DNA of 60,618 nucleotides from an uncultured Candidatus Saccharibacteria bacterium (GCA_964360065.1 CAYHTW010000002.1:68251-128868), one strand, 5' to 3'; positions 18,912 to 28,873 are shown, numbered from the stretch's first letter. Program-made: numbers and translations. The notes: a model not told the origin generated them from the sequence alone.

Positions 18912-20600
18912 ATGCTTTTTACTGATATAGTTATAGCCGTTATCGCGGCCGCCGCTATCGGCATACTTTTCCATCTCTTGCGTCAGCCATCCATCATTGG
19001 TTTCATCGCCGCCGGACTGGTAATAAGCTCCCTAGGTTATATAACCCAGGAAAACGTGGAGATAATTTCTGGTCTTTCTTCCTTAGGAGTAGCTCTACTT
19101 CTTTTTATAGTGGGGTTGGAAATGAATTTGAAAGAGTTGAAACACATCGGCCGGCCGGCAATTCTGGTGGGTCTCGGGCAGATAGTGTTTACCTTTTCTC
19201 TGGGTTTTGCGATTTTGTACACTTTGGGGTTTGCCACAATCCCGTCGCTTTATATTTCCGTAGCTCTGACCTTTTCCTCTACCATAGTGGTGGTTAAACT
19301 CTTATCTGAAAAAAAGGACTTGAGGAGTTTATATGGAAGAATCGTCCTTGGGGCACTTTTGGTTCAAGATGTAGTAGCGATCCTTTTATTACTTTTTCTT
19401 TCCGGTTTTGCCGGCGGCGAAGATTTGGGCAGGAGTTTCTTCCTAACCCTCATCAAGGGTTCTATATTTATAGCTTTAGTGATGTTTTCTTCCCGATATC
19501 TTTACAAGCTTCTCGACCTTATCGGCAGGTCAAGGGAGCTCTTATTCCTTTTCAGCATTGCTTGGGCTTTGGGGATATCGGCCTTGGCCGGTTCTGAATT
19601 TGTAGGTTTATCAATGGAGGTGGGTGGATTTTTGGCAGGACTGGCCTTAGCCGGTTCCTCGGAAAATTTCCAGATATCTTCACGCTTGAGGCCACTTAGA
19701 GATTTCTTTTTGATACTGTTTTTCGTGGGCTTGGGTACAAGTATGATGCTTGGTATAACATCGGAAGCCATATTCCCCACCGTCATCCTTTCTTTATTCG
19801 TTCTTGTTGGCAATCCTCTAATAATTCTTATTATTATGGGCATTATGGGTTATAAGGCGCGCACTTCATTCTTGTCGGGTCTCACTTTCGCGCAAATTTC
19901 TGAATTCAGTTTTGTGATCATGGTTTTAGGAAGCCGTTTGGGGCATTTGGGGAGCGCCGAGGTATCTCTTGTTACTCTGATAGGGATAATGACAATTTTA
20001 ACATCTTCTTATTTCATTTATTACGGGGATAAGATTTATGAAGTATTTAAGCCGGCTTTGAAGTTTTTTGAAAAGAAAAGAGGGATTGTAGAAGAGCCGG
20101 TTGAAGAAACTAATTTGAGCGACCACTTGGTGCTTATCGGCGTTCACAGGATGGGACAAGGGATACTAAGAACTTTAGCTAGTTCGTCTCGTGATTTTGT
20201 GGCGGTGGACTTTGACCCCGTGGTGGTAAGGCATCTTCGCGAGGAAGGATTCCCAGTTTTTTACGGCGATATTACTGAAGAGGCCATACGAGATTTCGTG
20301 GGGCTAGATAAGGCTAGCGTTATTATTTCCACCGCTCCCGACATGAGAGACAATCTTTCTATATTATCTTCGGCGCGAAGCCGTGGCGCCAAAGCTAAGG
20401 TAATTTTGACCGCGGATAGTGAAAGAGAAGCCGAAGAACTATATAAGGAAGGAGCCGATTATGTAATACTGCCGCACTTTTTAGGAGGCAAAGAATTGGT
20501 TGATATATTGAGCAAAGACCACACATTCTCTAGTCTTAAAAAACTTAAAGAAAGAGATATTAGTTCTTTCGGTAACGGCTCTCGGGATTCCCTGTATTAA
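18912..20600 (+). CDS. CPA2 cation:proton antiporter with C-terminal TrkA-N/RCK domain
   Basis: LLFIVGLE, LVQD, TFAQISEFSF, about 13 TM; C-terminal LIGVHRMG..VDFDP..YGD. Confidence 0.92.
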   Translation: MLFTDIVIAVIAAAAIGILFHLLRQPSIIGFIAAGLVISSLGYITQENVEIISGLSSLGVALLLFIVGLEMNLKELKHIGRPAILVGLGQIVFTFSLGFAILYTLGFATIPSLYISVALTFSSTIVVVKLLSEKKDLRSLYGRIVLGALLVQDVVAILLLLFLSGFAGGEDLGRSFFLTLIKGSIFIALVMFSSRYLYKLLDLIGRSRELLFLFSIAWALGISALAGSEFVGLSMEVGGFLAGLALAGSSENFQISSRLRPLRDFFLILFFVGLGTSMMLGITSEAIFPTVILSLFVLVGNPLIILIIMGIMGYKARTSFLSGLTFAQISEFSFVIMVLGSRLGHLGSAEVSLVTLIGIMTILTSSYFIYYGDKIYEVFKPALKFFEKKRGIVEEPVEETNLSDHLVLIGVHRMGQGILRTLASSSRDFVAVDFDPVVVRHLREEGFPVFYGDITEEAIRDFVGLDKASVIISTAPDMRDNLSILSSARSRGAKAKVILTADSEREAEELYKEGADYVILPHFLGGKELVDILSKDHTFSSLKKLKERDISSFGNGSRDSLY

Positions 20601-21256
20601 AGCAGGGGCTGTTCCTTGGGTTCAGGTACGGAAGGTGTGGTTTCAACTTCGGGACTCCCGCCGCTTTTCTTTTTTTTCAGAAACATTCCGTACTTTTTCT
20701 TAATAACAGGGAGCTTATCAAAGCTTTTCTTAAGTTCGTTTTTAACGGTGGTGGAACGAAGCGCCGCCGCAGGGTGGTAAAGCGGTATAATGAGACGATC
20801 CCCCAACCAGAATATTTTTCCCTGATCACGGGAAATTTTACCGGCCGGCATAAAAAAGTTCATAGAGAATCTGCCGAGGGTGGCTATTATTTTAGGGTTT
20901 ATTATTTCAACCTGCCTCATCAAATAGGGAGAATAAGCTTCTATTTCCTCTGGCAACGGATCTCTGTTCTCTGGAGGACGGCGTTTCACGATATTAGTTA
21001 TGTAAACGTCTTCTCTTTTCCAGCCCAGACTTTCTATCATGACATTCAAAAGCTGTCCGGAACGTCCTACAAAAGGCCTTTTCTGGATATTTTCGTAAAA
21101 ACCGGGGGCTTCCCCAATAAAAAGGATTTCAGAATCGGGGCTGCCTTCACCAAATACCAGGTTGGCCCCCTGGAGAGGCAGGTTTTTATCTTCCTCCGTT
21201 TCTTGCTGGAGTTGATGAAGAGCTTCTGTTTTTGGGCTATAATTATCAGGTGGCAT
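20597..21256 (-). CDS. Uracil-DNA glycosylase family 4-like
   Basis: VFGEG, IGEAPG, PFVGRSG, RPPENRDP, YHPAAAL. Confidence 0.92.
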   Translation of the reverse strand: MPPDNYSPKTEALHQLQQETEEDKNLPLQGANLVFGEGSPDSEILFIGEAPGFYENIQKRPFVGRSGQLLNVMIESLGWKREDVYITNIVKRRPPENRDPLPEEIEAYSPYLMRQVEIINPKIIATLGRFSMNFFMPAGKISRDQGKIFWLGDRLIIPLYHPAAALRSTTVKNELKKSFDKLPVIKKKYGMFLKKKKSGGSPEVETTPSVPEPKEQPLL

Positions 21257-21621
21257 CTATCCTTACCTATATTACAACAAGATTCGTTTATAAGCTTGTT
21301 GAGTTTTTCAGAGACTGGTATGTTGGTTTTTTCTTTCTGTTAAGTCGTTTAGCTTCGCATATTTTTAGAACTTTGGACAGAAGCCTGGCTCTTAGGGTTA
21401 ATCTGCATCATTTTTTTGAACCTCTTTATCAAGACAGAACCATTCTCGGGTACATTCTGGGGTTTATTTTCAGATTAGCCAGGTTATTTATCGGCCTTGT
21501 GCTTTATATGGCTCTCGCCATAATCTTCGTTCTAATTTATTTAACCTGGTGTCTAATGCCGTTTTACTTGGTTTATGAAACACTGGTCGCTTACGGATTA
21601 CCAAACCAATGGACGATTTAA
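21250..21621 (+). CDS. Small membrane protein coupled to Clp ATPase
   Basis: LFEPLYQDR..LGY.LGF..R plus TM helices; start placed at GTG 21250, 6 nt after TATAAT (21238-43). Confidence 0.7.
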   Translation: MASILTYITTRFVYKLVEFFRDWYVGFFFLLSRLASHIFRTLDRSLALRVNLHHFFEPLYQDRTILGYILGFIFRLARLFIGLVLYMALAIIFVLIYLTWCLMPFYLVYETLVAYGLPNQWTI

Positions 21622-24116
21622 AACGTTTTTATTTCCAAGATAGATTTTTAGAGATGCCGGCGGTGTCGCGGAAAATTGTTGTCATGATTTTTGATATTTG
21701 GATGGTAATTTTGTGGGTGGTGGCCCCAGTCGCAATTTTCTCCGGTACGCCTAGGGTAATCTACCCAGGTTTAATACTATTACTTTATTTAATTCATGGA
21801 CTATTCGCGAGGCGCAAAACGAGACATTATTTGTATAACATACCCCCCTCCGGAGAGGTAAACGTAGCCGACTATTTAGAGGCTAAAGCCATAAAAATAT
21901 TGGCGCGTTGTGCTGACAACGCCCTCATTTTTGGGGGAGATTTTTATCTTCATCTAATAAACAATCTACTACAGCTTCACGAAGTCAAAGAAGCCTTAGT
22001 TAGGTTAGACATAGACCCAGATGAATTTGGGAGCAAGATTTCCGAATATCTGGAAAAAAGTTTTGTTGCGGCCAAAGAAAGTCGCGAGGAGGTCACAGTT
22101 AAAATAAGAGATTTAACGGTAGCTTCCATTGCTTTTGGGAGAGAAAACTCCCTTAAACAAATTTCTGCTTCAGATCTTTTTGCTTCTGTGGTCGGAGTGA
22201 ATAACGGGGAGGTAGCTAAAGCCTTAAATCTTTTTAAACTTGTTCCGCAAGACATGGAGAGTGCCTTGGTCTTTGGAAGATTTAGGAAACACTCTTGGTT
22301 TAAAAGACCCCCAACTAGTTTGGGTGGATTTGTTGGAAGCCCTTACGCGCTTAAACATCGCGTTATAAACCGCGCCTGGACAGCGAGACCAACCCCAACT
22401 TTAGACAGATTTGGAGTAGATTTTACCGATATGGCTAGGGCCGGCTTGGCTGGATTTTTGGTTGGTCACGAGAAGGAATACGACAGGATGTTGGACGTGC
22501 TCTCTAGACCAAACAAACCGAACGTGATTCTAGTTGGAGAGGCCGGGGCTGGCAAAGAAGCGTTGGTAGCGCATCTCGCTTACAACATAGTGGGAGACAA
22601 AGTACCGGCTCCACTTTTTGATAAAAGGTTAGTGGCTCTGGACATAAATTCTCTTTTAGCTGGAGCCGATACAGGAGAACAACAGCAGAGGGTCAAAACT
22701 ATTTTTAAAGAAATAAATCAGGCTGGCAACGTGGTTCTCTATGTACCCGATATACACAATCTATCGCGAACAGCCGGTAAGTACGAACTTAATGTTACTG
22801 ATACCCTTATCCCACTCCTTTTATCCAACGACTTCCCAACTATAGGTTCTACTTATCCTAAAGATTTCAAGAAATCCATAGAAGGAGAAGGATCTTTCGC
22901 AGATGCTTTTCAGTTTGTGCAGATTCAAGAAATAACCTCGGCGGAGGCGGAGAAAGTTTTGACTTATGACAGTATTATTCTAGAGGACCAATATCAAATT
23001 AAAATTACTTACGGGGCTATTAAAAAAGCAGTGGAATTAGCTAAAAGATATTTCCACGAAAGACTGCTGCCGTCCTCGGCTGACGACCTTTTAAAAGAAG
23101 CACTTTCGGAAGGCGCCCATAAAGGGAGTAAGACCATAACGCCTGATGATATAATTTCTATCGCCGAAAAAAGAACTAACGTGCCTCTTCGCGAGACCGG
23201 AGAAGCAGAAAGAGAGAAGCTTTTAAATCTGGAAGCGTTGATACATGGTCGCCTGATTGATCAGGAAGAAGCGGTGGCGGCAGTTTCAAGAACTCTAAGG
23301 GAATATAGAAGTGGGCTCACCGGCAGTAAGGGGCCGATTGGAGTGTTTTTATTTGTAGGACCTACTGGCGTGGGTAAAACAGAGTTGTCCAAGATATTGG
23401 CTCGGATTCAATTTGGCTCTGAGCAGATGATGGTCAGATTTGATATGTCGGAGTACCAAGATAGAACGAGCCTTTATCGCTTTATCGGTTCTCCGGACGG
23501 TGAGATCGCTGGAGCCCTAACAGAGACAATTTTAGAGAAGCCTTACAGTCTGATACTTTTAGACGAATTTGAGAAAGCCAACGCCGATGTTTTGAATCTA
23601 TTCTTGCAGGTCTTTGATGAGGGTAGGGCGACAGATAATCTGGGCAGAACTATAGACTTTAAAAACACCATTATTATTGCCACATCCAACGCCGAATCTA
23701 ATTTTATTAAGGTATCTCTTGATGAGGGCAGAGATATGGGTTTCATTGCCGGAGAGTTAAAGAAGAAACTTATTAACCATTTCAGGCCGGAACTCTTGAA
23801 CAGGATGCAGGTTATAACTTTTAAGAATCTAAGTTTGGCAGACATGGAGCGTATTGCCGAGCTGATGCTGAACGATTTGACGAAGACCCTCCAAGAAAAA
23901 GGCATTGGGTTAAGCGTTAGTGAGGACGCCTTGAAGAAACTAGCAACTCTCGGGTTTGACCCTTCTTTTGGGGCGAGGCCTTTGCGGGCCGTTATCTCTA
24001 AAGAGATTAAGTCGGAACTTTCCAGTTTGATACTTAAAGATGAATTAAAGCGTGGGGATTCGGCCAGAGTCTATTTGGAAAGCGGCACGATAAGGGTCAA
24101 AAAGGATGCTGAATGA
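21609..24116 (+). CDS. ClpA/B/C-like AAA+ ATPase with N-terminal membrane segments
   Basis: D2 GPTGVGKTE, RFDMSEY, LLDEFEKA, GFDPSFGARPLR; D1 degenerate; two N-terminal hydrophobic helices. Confidence 0.9.
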   Translation: MDDLKRFYFQDRFLEMPAVSRKIVVMIFDIWMVILWVVAPVAIFSGTPRVIYPGLILLLYLIHGLFARRKTRHYLYNIPPSGEVNVADYLEAKAIKILARCADNALIFGGDFYLHLINNLLQLHEVKEALVRLDIDPDEFGSKISEYLEKSFVAAKESREEVTVKIRDLTVASIAFGRENSLKQISASDLFASVVGVNNGEVAKALNLFKLVPQDMESALVFGRFRKHSWFKRPPTSLGGFVGSPYALKHRVINRAWTARPTPTLDRFGVDFTDMARAGLAGFLVGHEKEYDRMLDVLSRPNKPNVILVGEAGAGKEALVAHLAYNIVGDKVPAPLFDKRLVALDINSLLAGADTGEQQQRVKTIFKEINQAGNVVLYVPDIHNLSRTAGKYELNVTDTLIPLLLSNDFPTIGSTYPKDFKKSIEGEGSFADAFQFVQIQEITSAEAEKVLTYDSIILEDQYQIKITYGAIKKAVELAKRYFHERLLPSSADDLLKEALSEGAHKGSKTITPDDIISIAEKRTNVPLRETGEAEREKLLNLEALIHGRLIDQEEAVAAVSRTLREYRSGLTGSKGPIGVFLFVGPTGVGKTELSKILARIQFGSEQMMVRFDMSEYQDRTSLYRFIGSPDGEIAGALTETILEKPYSLILLDEFEKANADVLNLFLQVFDEGRATDNLGRTIDFKNTIIIATSNAESNFIKVSLDEGRDMGFIAGELKKKLINHFRPELLNRMQVITFKNLSLADMERIAELMLNDLTKTLQEKGIGLSVSEDALKKLATLGFDPSFGARPLRAVISKEIKSELSSLILKDELKRGDSARVYLESGTIRVKKDAE

Positions 24117-24765
24117 AATTATAGGACCGTTAAAATTCAATAAAGTTATAAGATATTTTGTTCTTTGCGACTTGTCGCTTTTTAGCGGGTGGGGATTACT
24201 CGCTCCTATTATGTCCGTCTTTATAGTGGAACATATTGCCGGCGCAAGCATTTTTAACGCTGGGGCGGCCGTCTCTGTGTACTGGGCGGCCAGAAGCATT
24301 GTCCAATTGCCCATAGCTGGTTTATTAGACAGAAGAAAAGTAGAGAAGGATGATTTTTATGTCTTGATTGTAGGATTGCTTTTAGCCTCGCTAGCCGCTT
24401 TTTCTTTCTCTTTAGTGACTACCATTGCAGAACTTTATATAACTATGGTTGTTCAAGGCATAGCCTTTGGTCTCTACGCGCCGGCTTGGCAGGGAATTTT
24501 TTCCAGGCATCTGGATAAAGATAAGTTTGCTTTTGACTGGTCTATAGATGGCGTTGGTTTGGGTATCGCCTCTATGGTCACGGGGCTCACCGGAGGATAT
24601 TTGGCAGATACTTTTGGGTTCAATATAATTTTCTACTTAGCCGCTTTTTTCTCTTTTCTCTCTGCCGTGATAATTTTTTCGTTGCCAAAAATAATCCTGC
24701 CGGGAGAAGTTAAATCTAGTCAGCCGATAATTCTGAATCATACTCCAAGGAATACCCCCAACTGA
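24106..24765 (+). CDS. Half-size (6 TM) MFS transporter
   Basis: MFS motif A-like PIAGLLDRR, GGYLAD; 219 aa. Confidence 0.75.
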   Translation: MLNEIIGPLKFNKVIRYFVLCDLSLFSGWGLLAPIMSVFIVEHIAGASIFNAGAAVSVYWAARSIVQLPIAGLLDRRKVEKDDFYVLIVGLLLASLAAFSFSLVTTIAELYITMVVQGIAFGLYAPAWQGIFSRHLDKDKFAFDWSIDGVGLGIASMVTGLTGGYLADTFGFNIIFYLAAFFSFLSAVIIFSLPKIILPGEVKSSQPIILNHTPRNTPN

Positions 24766-24766
24766 A

Positions 24767-26497
24767 ATGAGAAACCGGGAGATAGCCGAAATTCTCCAAG
24801 AAATAAGCGAATACCTCTCTATGGATGGAGATTCTTTTAAGACCCGAGCCTACCAGAAGGCGGCGGAGAATATTGAGTCCGTGGGAGTAAGCGTGGCAGA
24901 TATTTATAACAGTGGCGGCCTCAAGGCCCTGGAGCAAATAGAAGGGATAGGGGTGTCTATAGCGGAGAAGGTAGAGGAGTTTATTCAAACTAGTAAAATT
25001 AAGTACCATGAAGACTTAAAGAAAAAGACACCGGTAGATTTAGCCGGGCTTATAAAGATCGAAGGGTTGGGCCCCAAAAATATCAAGAAACTTTATGTCT
25101 CACTTAAAATAAAAAACGTAGCAGATTTAAAGAGGGCGGCCCGAGCCGGTAAGATAAAGAAGATGGAGGGCTTCGGGGAAAAATCGGAGAAGAAAATACT
25201 AAAAGGCATAGAATTCTTAGAAAGTTCTGGGACTAGAATGATTCTGGGCTACGCAGTCTCTATGGCTATGGAAATAGAGGCAAGGCTCAAAAAACTTAAA
25301 GAAGTTGAAAAAGTGGTGGTAGCGGGATCAATTAGAAGGCGCAAGGAGACCGTTGGAGACATAGATATTCTAGTGATTTCAAAAAATCCTAAAAAAGTAA
25401 TGGAATATTTTATTGCTCTACCTCAAGTTGTTAATGTGGTAGCGAAGGGCGAGACTAAGTCCTCAGTTAAGATAAGAGGCGGTCTTAATGTTGATTTAAG
25501 AGTGGTTCCAGAGAGTTCATTTGGTGCAGCCTTAAACTATTTCACCGGCAGTAAAGACCACAATGTGGCTTTGAGACAACTTGCTATTGATTGTGGCTAT
25601 AAACTTAACGAATATGGTCTGTTCAAGGGCAAGAAACGAATTGCCGGTAAAACCGAAGAAGAGATATATAAAAAGCTTGGCTTGGATTTCATTGTGCCGG
25701 AGCTTAGGGAGACGACAGGAGAAATAAGTGCCGCTAAGGAAGGCAAGCTGCCTAAATTAATAGACTACAAAGACTTAAGGGGAGATTTACAGATACAAAC
25801 GAGCTGGACTGATGGTGGTGGCACTATTTTGGATATGGCAGAGGCCGCTATAGCTTACGGCTTGGACTATATTGTTATAACCGACCACACTAAACGCCTG
25901 GCTATGACGGGAGGGTTGGATGAGAAAAGATTAGCAGAACAAGGCAAGGAGATAGACAAGATTAACGTCAAAATAAGGAAGAAGAATCCAGACTTTACAA
26001 TTTTAAAGGGCACAGAATGCGATATTTTAAAGGACGGCAGCATGGATTTAAGCGATGAGGCTCTCTCTAAACTTGACGTGGTTGGCGCTTCGGTCCATTC
26101 TTATTTTAATCTCTCTAAAAAGGAGCAAACGGACCGAATCGTGAAAGCGATAAGAAATCCGCATGTGGACATCATCTTCCACCCCACTGGCCGTCTTATT
26201 GGTAAGCGTGCCGCTTATGAGCTAGATATGGATGAAATTATCCGCGTAGCTAAAGAGACCGGGACTATTCTGGAAATAGATGCCTTACCAGACAGAGCCG
26301 ATCTTAAAGATGAATACATCAGAAAGTGTATTGAGGCGGGGGTCAAACTCTCCATAGATTCCGATGCGCATGCCGTTAACCACTTCCAATTTTTGGAATA
26401 CGGTATTGCGCAGGCCAGACGCGGCTGGGCAAAGCGGGAAGATGTAATCAATGCCTGGCCTGTAGAAAAAATGCTCAAATTACTTAAGAATGCCTGA
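24767..26497 (+). CDS. polX: DNA polymerase X with PHP domain
   Basis: HhH IEGIGVSIA and IEGLGPK, GSIRRRKETVGDIDIL, YFTGSKDHN, ITDHT, SIDSDAH. Confidence 0.95.
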   Translation: MRNREIAEILQEISEYLSMDGDSFKTRAYQKAAENIESVGVSVADIYNSGGLKALEQIEGIGVSIAEKVEEFIQTSKIKYHEDLKKKTPVDLAGLIKIEGLGPKNIKKLYVSLKIKNVADLKRAARAGKIKKMEGFGEKSEKKILKGIEFLESSGTRMILGYAVSMAMEIEARLKKLKEVEKVVVAGSIRRRKETVGDIDILVISKNPKKVMEYFIALPQVVNVVAKGETKSSVKIRGGLNVDLRVVPESSFGAALNYFTGSKDHNVALRQLAIDCGYKLNEYGLFKGKKRIAGKTEEEIYKKLGLDFIVPELRETTGEISAAKEGKLPKLIDYKDLRGDLQIQTSWTDGGGTILDMAEAAIAYGLDYIVITDHTKRLAMTGGLDEKRLAEQGKEIDKINVKIRKKNPDFTILKGTECDILKDGSMDLSDEALSKLDVVGASVHSYFNLSKKEQTDRIVKAIRNPHVDIIFHPTGRLIGKRAAYELDMDEIIRVAKETGTILEIDALPDRADLKDEYIRKCIEAGVKLSIDSDAHAVNHFQFLEYGIAQARRGWAKREDVINAWPVEKMLKLLKNA

Positions 26498-26960
26498 GAC
26501 TACCAAAGAGATATCGGCAGGAATAATAGTTTATAGAAGGACCAAAGATGGCCCTAAGTTTTTGCTTCTTTACCACGGAGGCAGTTATTGGAACTTCCCA
26601 AAGGGGCATATAGAGGGAGAAGAGAAAAGCCTTGAGGCAGCGCTTCGGGAGACGGTTGAAGAAACCGGTTTGAAACAAGAGGATTTAAAAATAAGAAACA
26701 GGTTTAAGGATTATGAAAAATATCATTTCTACAAAGGAAAGAACAAGATATTTAAAGTCGTTATTTTTTATCTAGCCGAGTCCAGGAAAAAAGAAGTCAG
26801 GATTTCTGAAGAACACAGTGGCTACGGCTGGTTCCTCTATCGTGACGCGAGGCGTATTCTAAAAACTTATCGTGATAGCGAGTCTGTATTAAAGAAGGCC
26901 CACGATTTCATTCGCGGACCAATGCCAGAAAAGCAGCAGGAGCCAGTTAAGACTACCTAG
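26490..26960 (+). CDS. NUDIX hydrolase (Ap4A hydrolase-like)
   Basis: [27 protein letters not shown] Nudix box. Confidence 0.92.
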   Translation: MPETTKEISAGIIVYRRTKDGPKFLLLYHGGSYWNFPKGHIEGEEKSLEAALRETVEETGLKQEDLKIRNRFKDYEKYHFYKGKNKIFKVVIFYLAESRKKEVRISEEHSGYGWFLYRDARRILKTYRDSESVLKKAHDFIRGPMPEKQQEPVKTT

Positions 26961-27297
26961 CCGCCTCTACAACCTTCTTAAAAGTAGCGGGGTGGTTCTC
27001 GGCTAAATCAGCCAAAGATTTTCTGTCTAACTTAATATTCGCTTTCTTCAGCATGTTGATGAATTTACTGTAAGACAAATTCTCGTTACGAACCGCCGCA
27101 TTAATTTTAACCTGCCAGACGGATCGGAACTGTCTCTTCTTTTCTTTTCTGCCCCTGAAAGCATGATCCCAAGCGTGAAGCAAGGCCTCCTTAGCCGCTC
27201 TCTCTTTGGATTTCCTGCCCCACCTAAAACCTTTGGTGTGTTTTAAGAGTTTTTCTCTTTTCTTATGGGCTATTTTACCTCTTTTAACTCTAGGCAT
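26953..27297 (-). CDS. rplT: 50S ribosomal protein L20
   Basis: [36 protein letters not shown]. Confidence 0.98.
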   Translation of the reverse strand: MPRVKRGKIAHKKREKLLKHTKGFRWGRKSKERAAKEALLHAWDHAFRGRKEKKRQFRSVWQVKINAAVRNENLSYSKFINMLKKANIKLDRKSLADLAENHPATFKKVVEAAR

Positions 27298-27301
27298 ATT
27301 T

Positions 27302-27487
27302 TTATTTCTTTTTGTTTAGATAGTGGTTGATTCTCCTAGAGTCCGGTTTACTAATCTGCAAAGAAGTTCTTTTACCTTGAATACTTCGGGAATTCTTGCC
27401 GGCTCGGAAATGGCCCTGGGCCATCTTGCGCCTGATTAACTTCCCGTTCTTAGTTACTCTTATTCTTTTAGTTACGCTCTTTTTCAT
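27302..27487 (-). CDS. rpmI: 50S ribosomal protein L35
   Basis: [16 protein letters not shown]; between infC and rplT. Confidence 0.92.
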   Translation of the reverse strand: MKKSVTKRIRVTKNGKLIRRKMAQGHFRAGKNSRSIQGKRTSLQISKPDSRRINHYLNKKK

Positions 27488-27990
27488 TATTTTTTAACAA
27501 TCTGTGTTCCGATACCCCTGCCAGCCGGCCTGATATCTTGCGTTATGGTATGTGGAGTAGTTATTAGTGTCAAGAAATCTCGGAGCTTGCCTCTGGCGAA
27601 ATCTTGCATACCTTTTTCTCTGCCACGTAGGGTAAGAAGTATCTCTACCTTGTGTCCGGCATCCAGAAACTTTTGCAGTCTGCCTACTTTAGTCATGAGG
27701 TCGTTCTTCGCCTCCCTCATACTGATCTGGATCTGCTTCATCTCAAGCGTTTTCTGCGCCTGCTTCTGCTTTTTCAGTTCCTTGTTTTTCTCATAGCGGA
27801 ATTTGTCATAACTGGCAATCTTCGCGACAGGCGGGGTGGCGGTGGGGACTGTGAGTATTAAATCCAATCCTTTGGTTGCCGCAATAGCGAGGGCTTCTTT
27901 CGGGGTCATAACCCCTAAGTTGTCGCCATTCTCGTCCACTACTCTAAGAGCCGAGGCGGTTATTTGGTTGTTTATTCTGAATTCTTGGAT
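27487..27990 (-). CDS. infC: Translation initiation factor IF3, probable non-AUG (ATC) start
   Basis: Frame is open upstream of the track start: ATC CAA GAA TTC AGA ATA AAC AAC CAA ATA = IQEFRINNQIT...; no in-frame ATG before the upstream TAA. Confidence 0.9.
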   Translation of the reverse strand: MQEFRINNQITASALRVVDENGDNLGVMTPKEALAIAATKGLDLILTVPTATPPVAKIASYDKFRYEKNKELKKQKQAQKTLEMKQIQISMREAKNDLMTKVGRLQKFLDAGHKVEILLTLRGREKGMQDFARGKLRDFLTLITTPHTITQDIRPAGRGIGTQIVKK

Positions 27991-28036
27991 GACGTTATCA
28001 TAACGCAGAGCTTCTTAAAACGCAACAACTTAGGCC

Positions 28037-28627
28037 TTAATTATCAGAGACAAACCTTTCCTCTACAACTGCCCAATCCACTGCTTTTATAAAGGCCTCA
28101 ATGTAATCAGCGCGTTTTAGGCCGTAGTCAATCATATAAGCGTGTTCAAAGACATCCAGGGCGAGCAGTATTTTTGAGCCGGCCAAGTGTCCCAAGTCGT
28201 GTTCATTAATCCACTGGTTAAAGAGTCTTTTCTCAACCTGATCGTAATAAAGAATAGTCCAGCCGATGCCGCGCATTGCCGCAGTTGCCCTGAAATCTTT
28301 TTCCCAGGCGTCCATAGAGCCGAATTGTTTGGTGAATGCCTTAGCTAACGCAGAATCAGTTGGTCTAATAGAGCCGCCTTTAATCATATTGTCGAAATAA
28401 TATTCGTGTAGGCGAAAGCCGTTCCATTCCCAGCCGAAGCGGCGTTTCATCTCGGCATATTCTGGTGTGCCAGCCTTGTCGCTTTCGGCTAAGGCTTTCA
28501 AATTGTCGGAAAGTTTATTTACATTAGCAACATAACCTTGATAGAGTGCGAAATGGTTATTTAATATCGTATCGCTGAAGCCGGCAGTGCCGAGCAGCCG
28601 CGAGAAATTCCTTGGTTCGTATGACAC
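28037..28627 (-). CDS. sod: Fe/Mn superoxide dismutase
   Basis: HFALYQGYV, LHEYYF, LDVFEHAY metal ligands. Confidence 0.93.
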   Translation of the reverse strand: MSYEPRNFSRLLGTAGFSDTILNNHFALYQGYVANVNKLSDNLKALAESDKAGTPEYAEMKRRFGWEWNGFRLHEYYFDNMIKGGSIRPTDSALAKAFTKQFGSMDAWEKDFRATAAMRGIGWTILYYDQVEKRLFNQWINEHDLGHLAGSKILLALDVFEHAYMIDYGLKRADYIEAFIKAVDWAVVEERFVSDN

Positions 28628-28660
28628 GAGGTTTATTTATATTTTTAACTCTTTAAGTAT

Positions 28661-28688
28661 AACACCAACCACATAAACGGTTGGTGTT
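28661..28688. terminator. Hairpin downstream of tmRNA-like duplicate
   Basis: AACACCAACC-8 nt-GGTTGGTGTT, perfect 10-bp stem. Confidence 0.55.
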
Positions 28689-28694
28689 TGTTTT

Positions 28695-28782
28695 TGGTGG
28701 AGATGGAGGAATTTCGCTGCTCGCTGCACCCTTCGGGTGGCTGTGCTTTAGAGAACCCACGGTTCTGAATAATCTCCTCCAC
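28695..28782 (-). repeat. Degenerate tRNA/tmRNA 3'-end-like element with expanded T-loop
   Basis: Minus strand GGAGG...insert...TTCCTCCATCTCCACCA; compare tmRNA end CACCGTCTCCACAA. Confidence 0.55.
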
Positions 28783-28843
28783 GGGAGAACGCCCTGCCTT
28801 CCCCCGACCCCCTTTTTCTTCAATGTCCCCTAAAACAAAAAAT

Positions 28844-28860
28844 GACCACATTAAGTGGCC
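28844..28860 (-). terminator. Rho-independent terminator of ssrA
   Basis: GGCCAC-TTAAT-GTGGTC followed by a T tract on the minus strand. Confidence 0.6.
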
Positions 28861-28873
28861 ACTTTTTTGTTTG

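Noticed and set aside
28645-28851. 68-aa ORF downstream of ssrA
   Set aside because: Runs across two hairpins and the tmRNA-end duplicate; no protein-like features.
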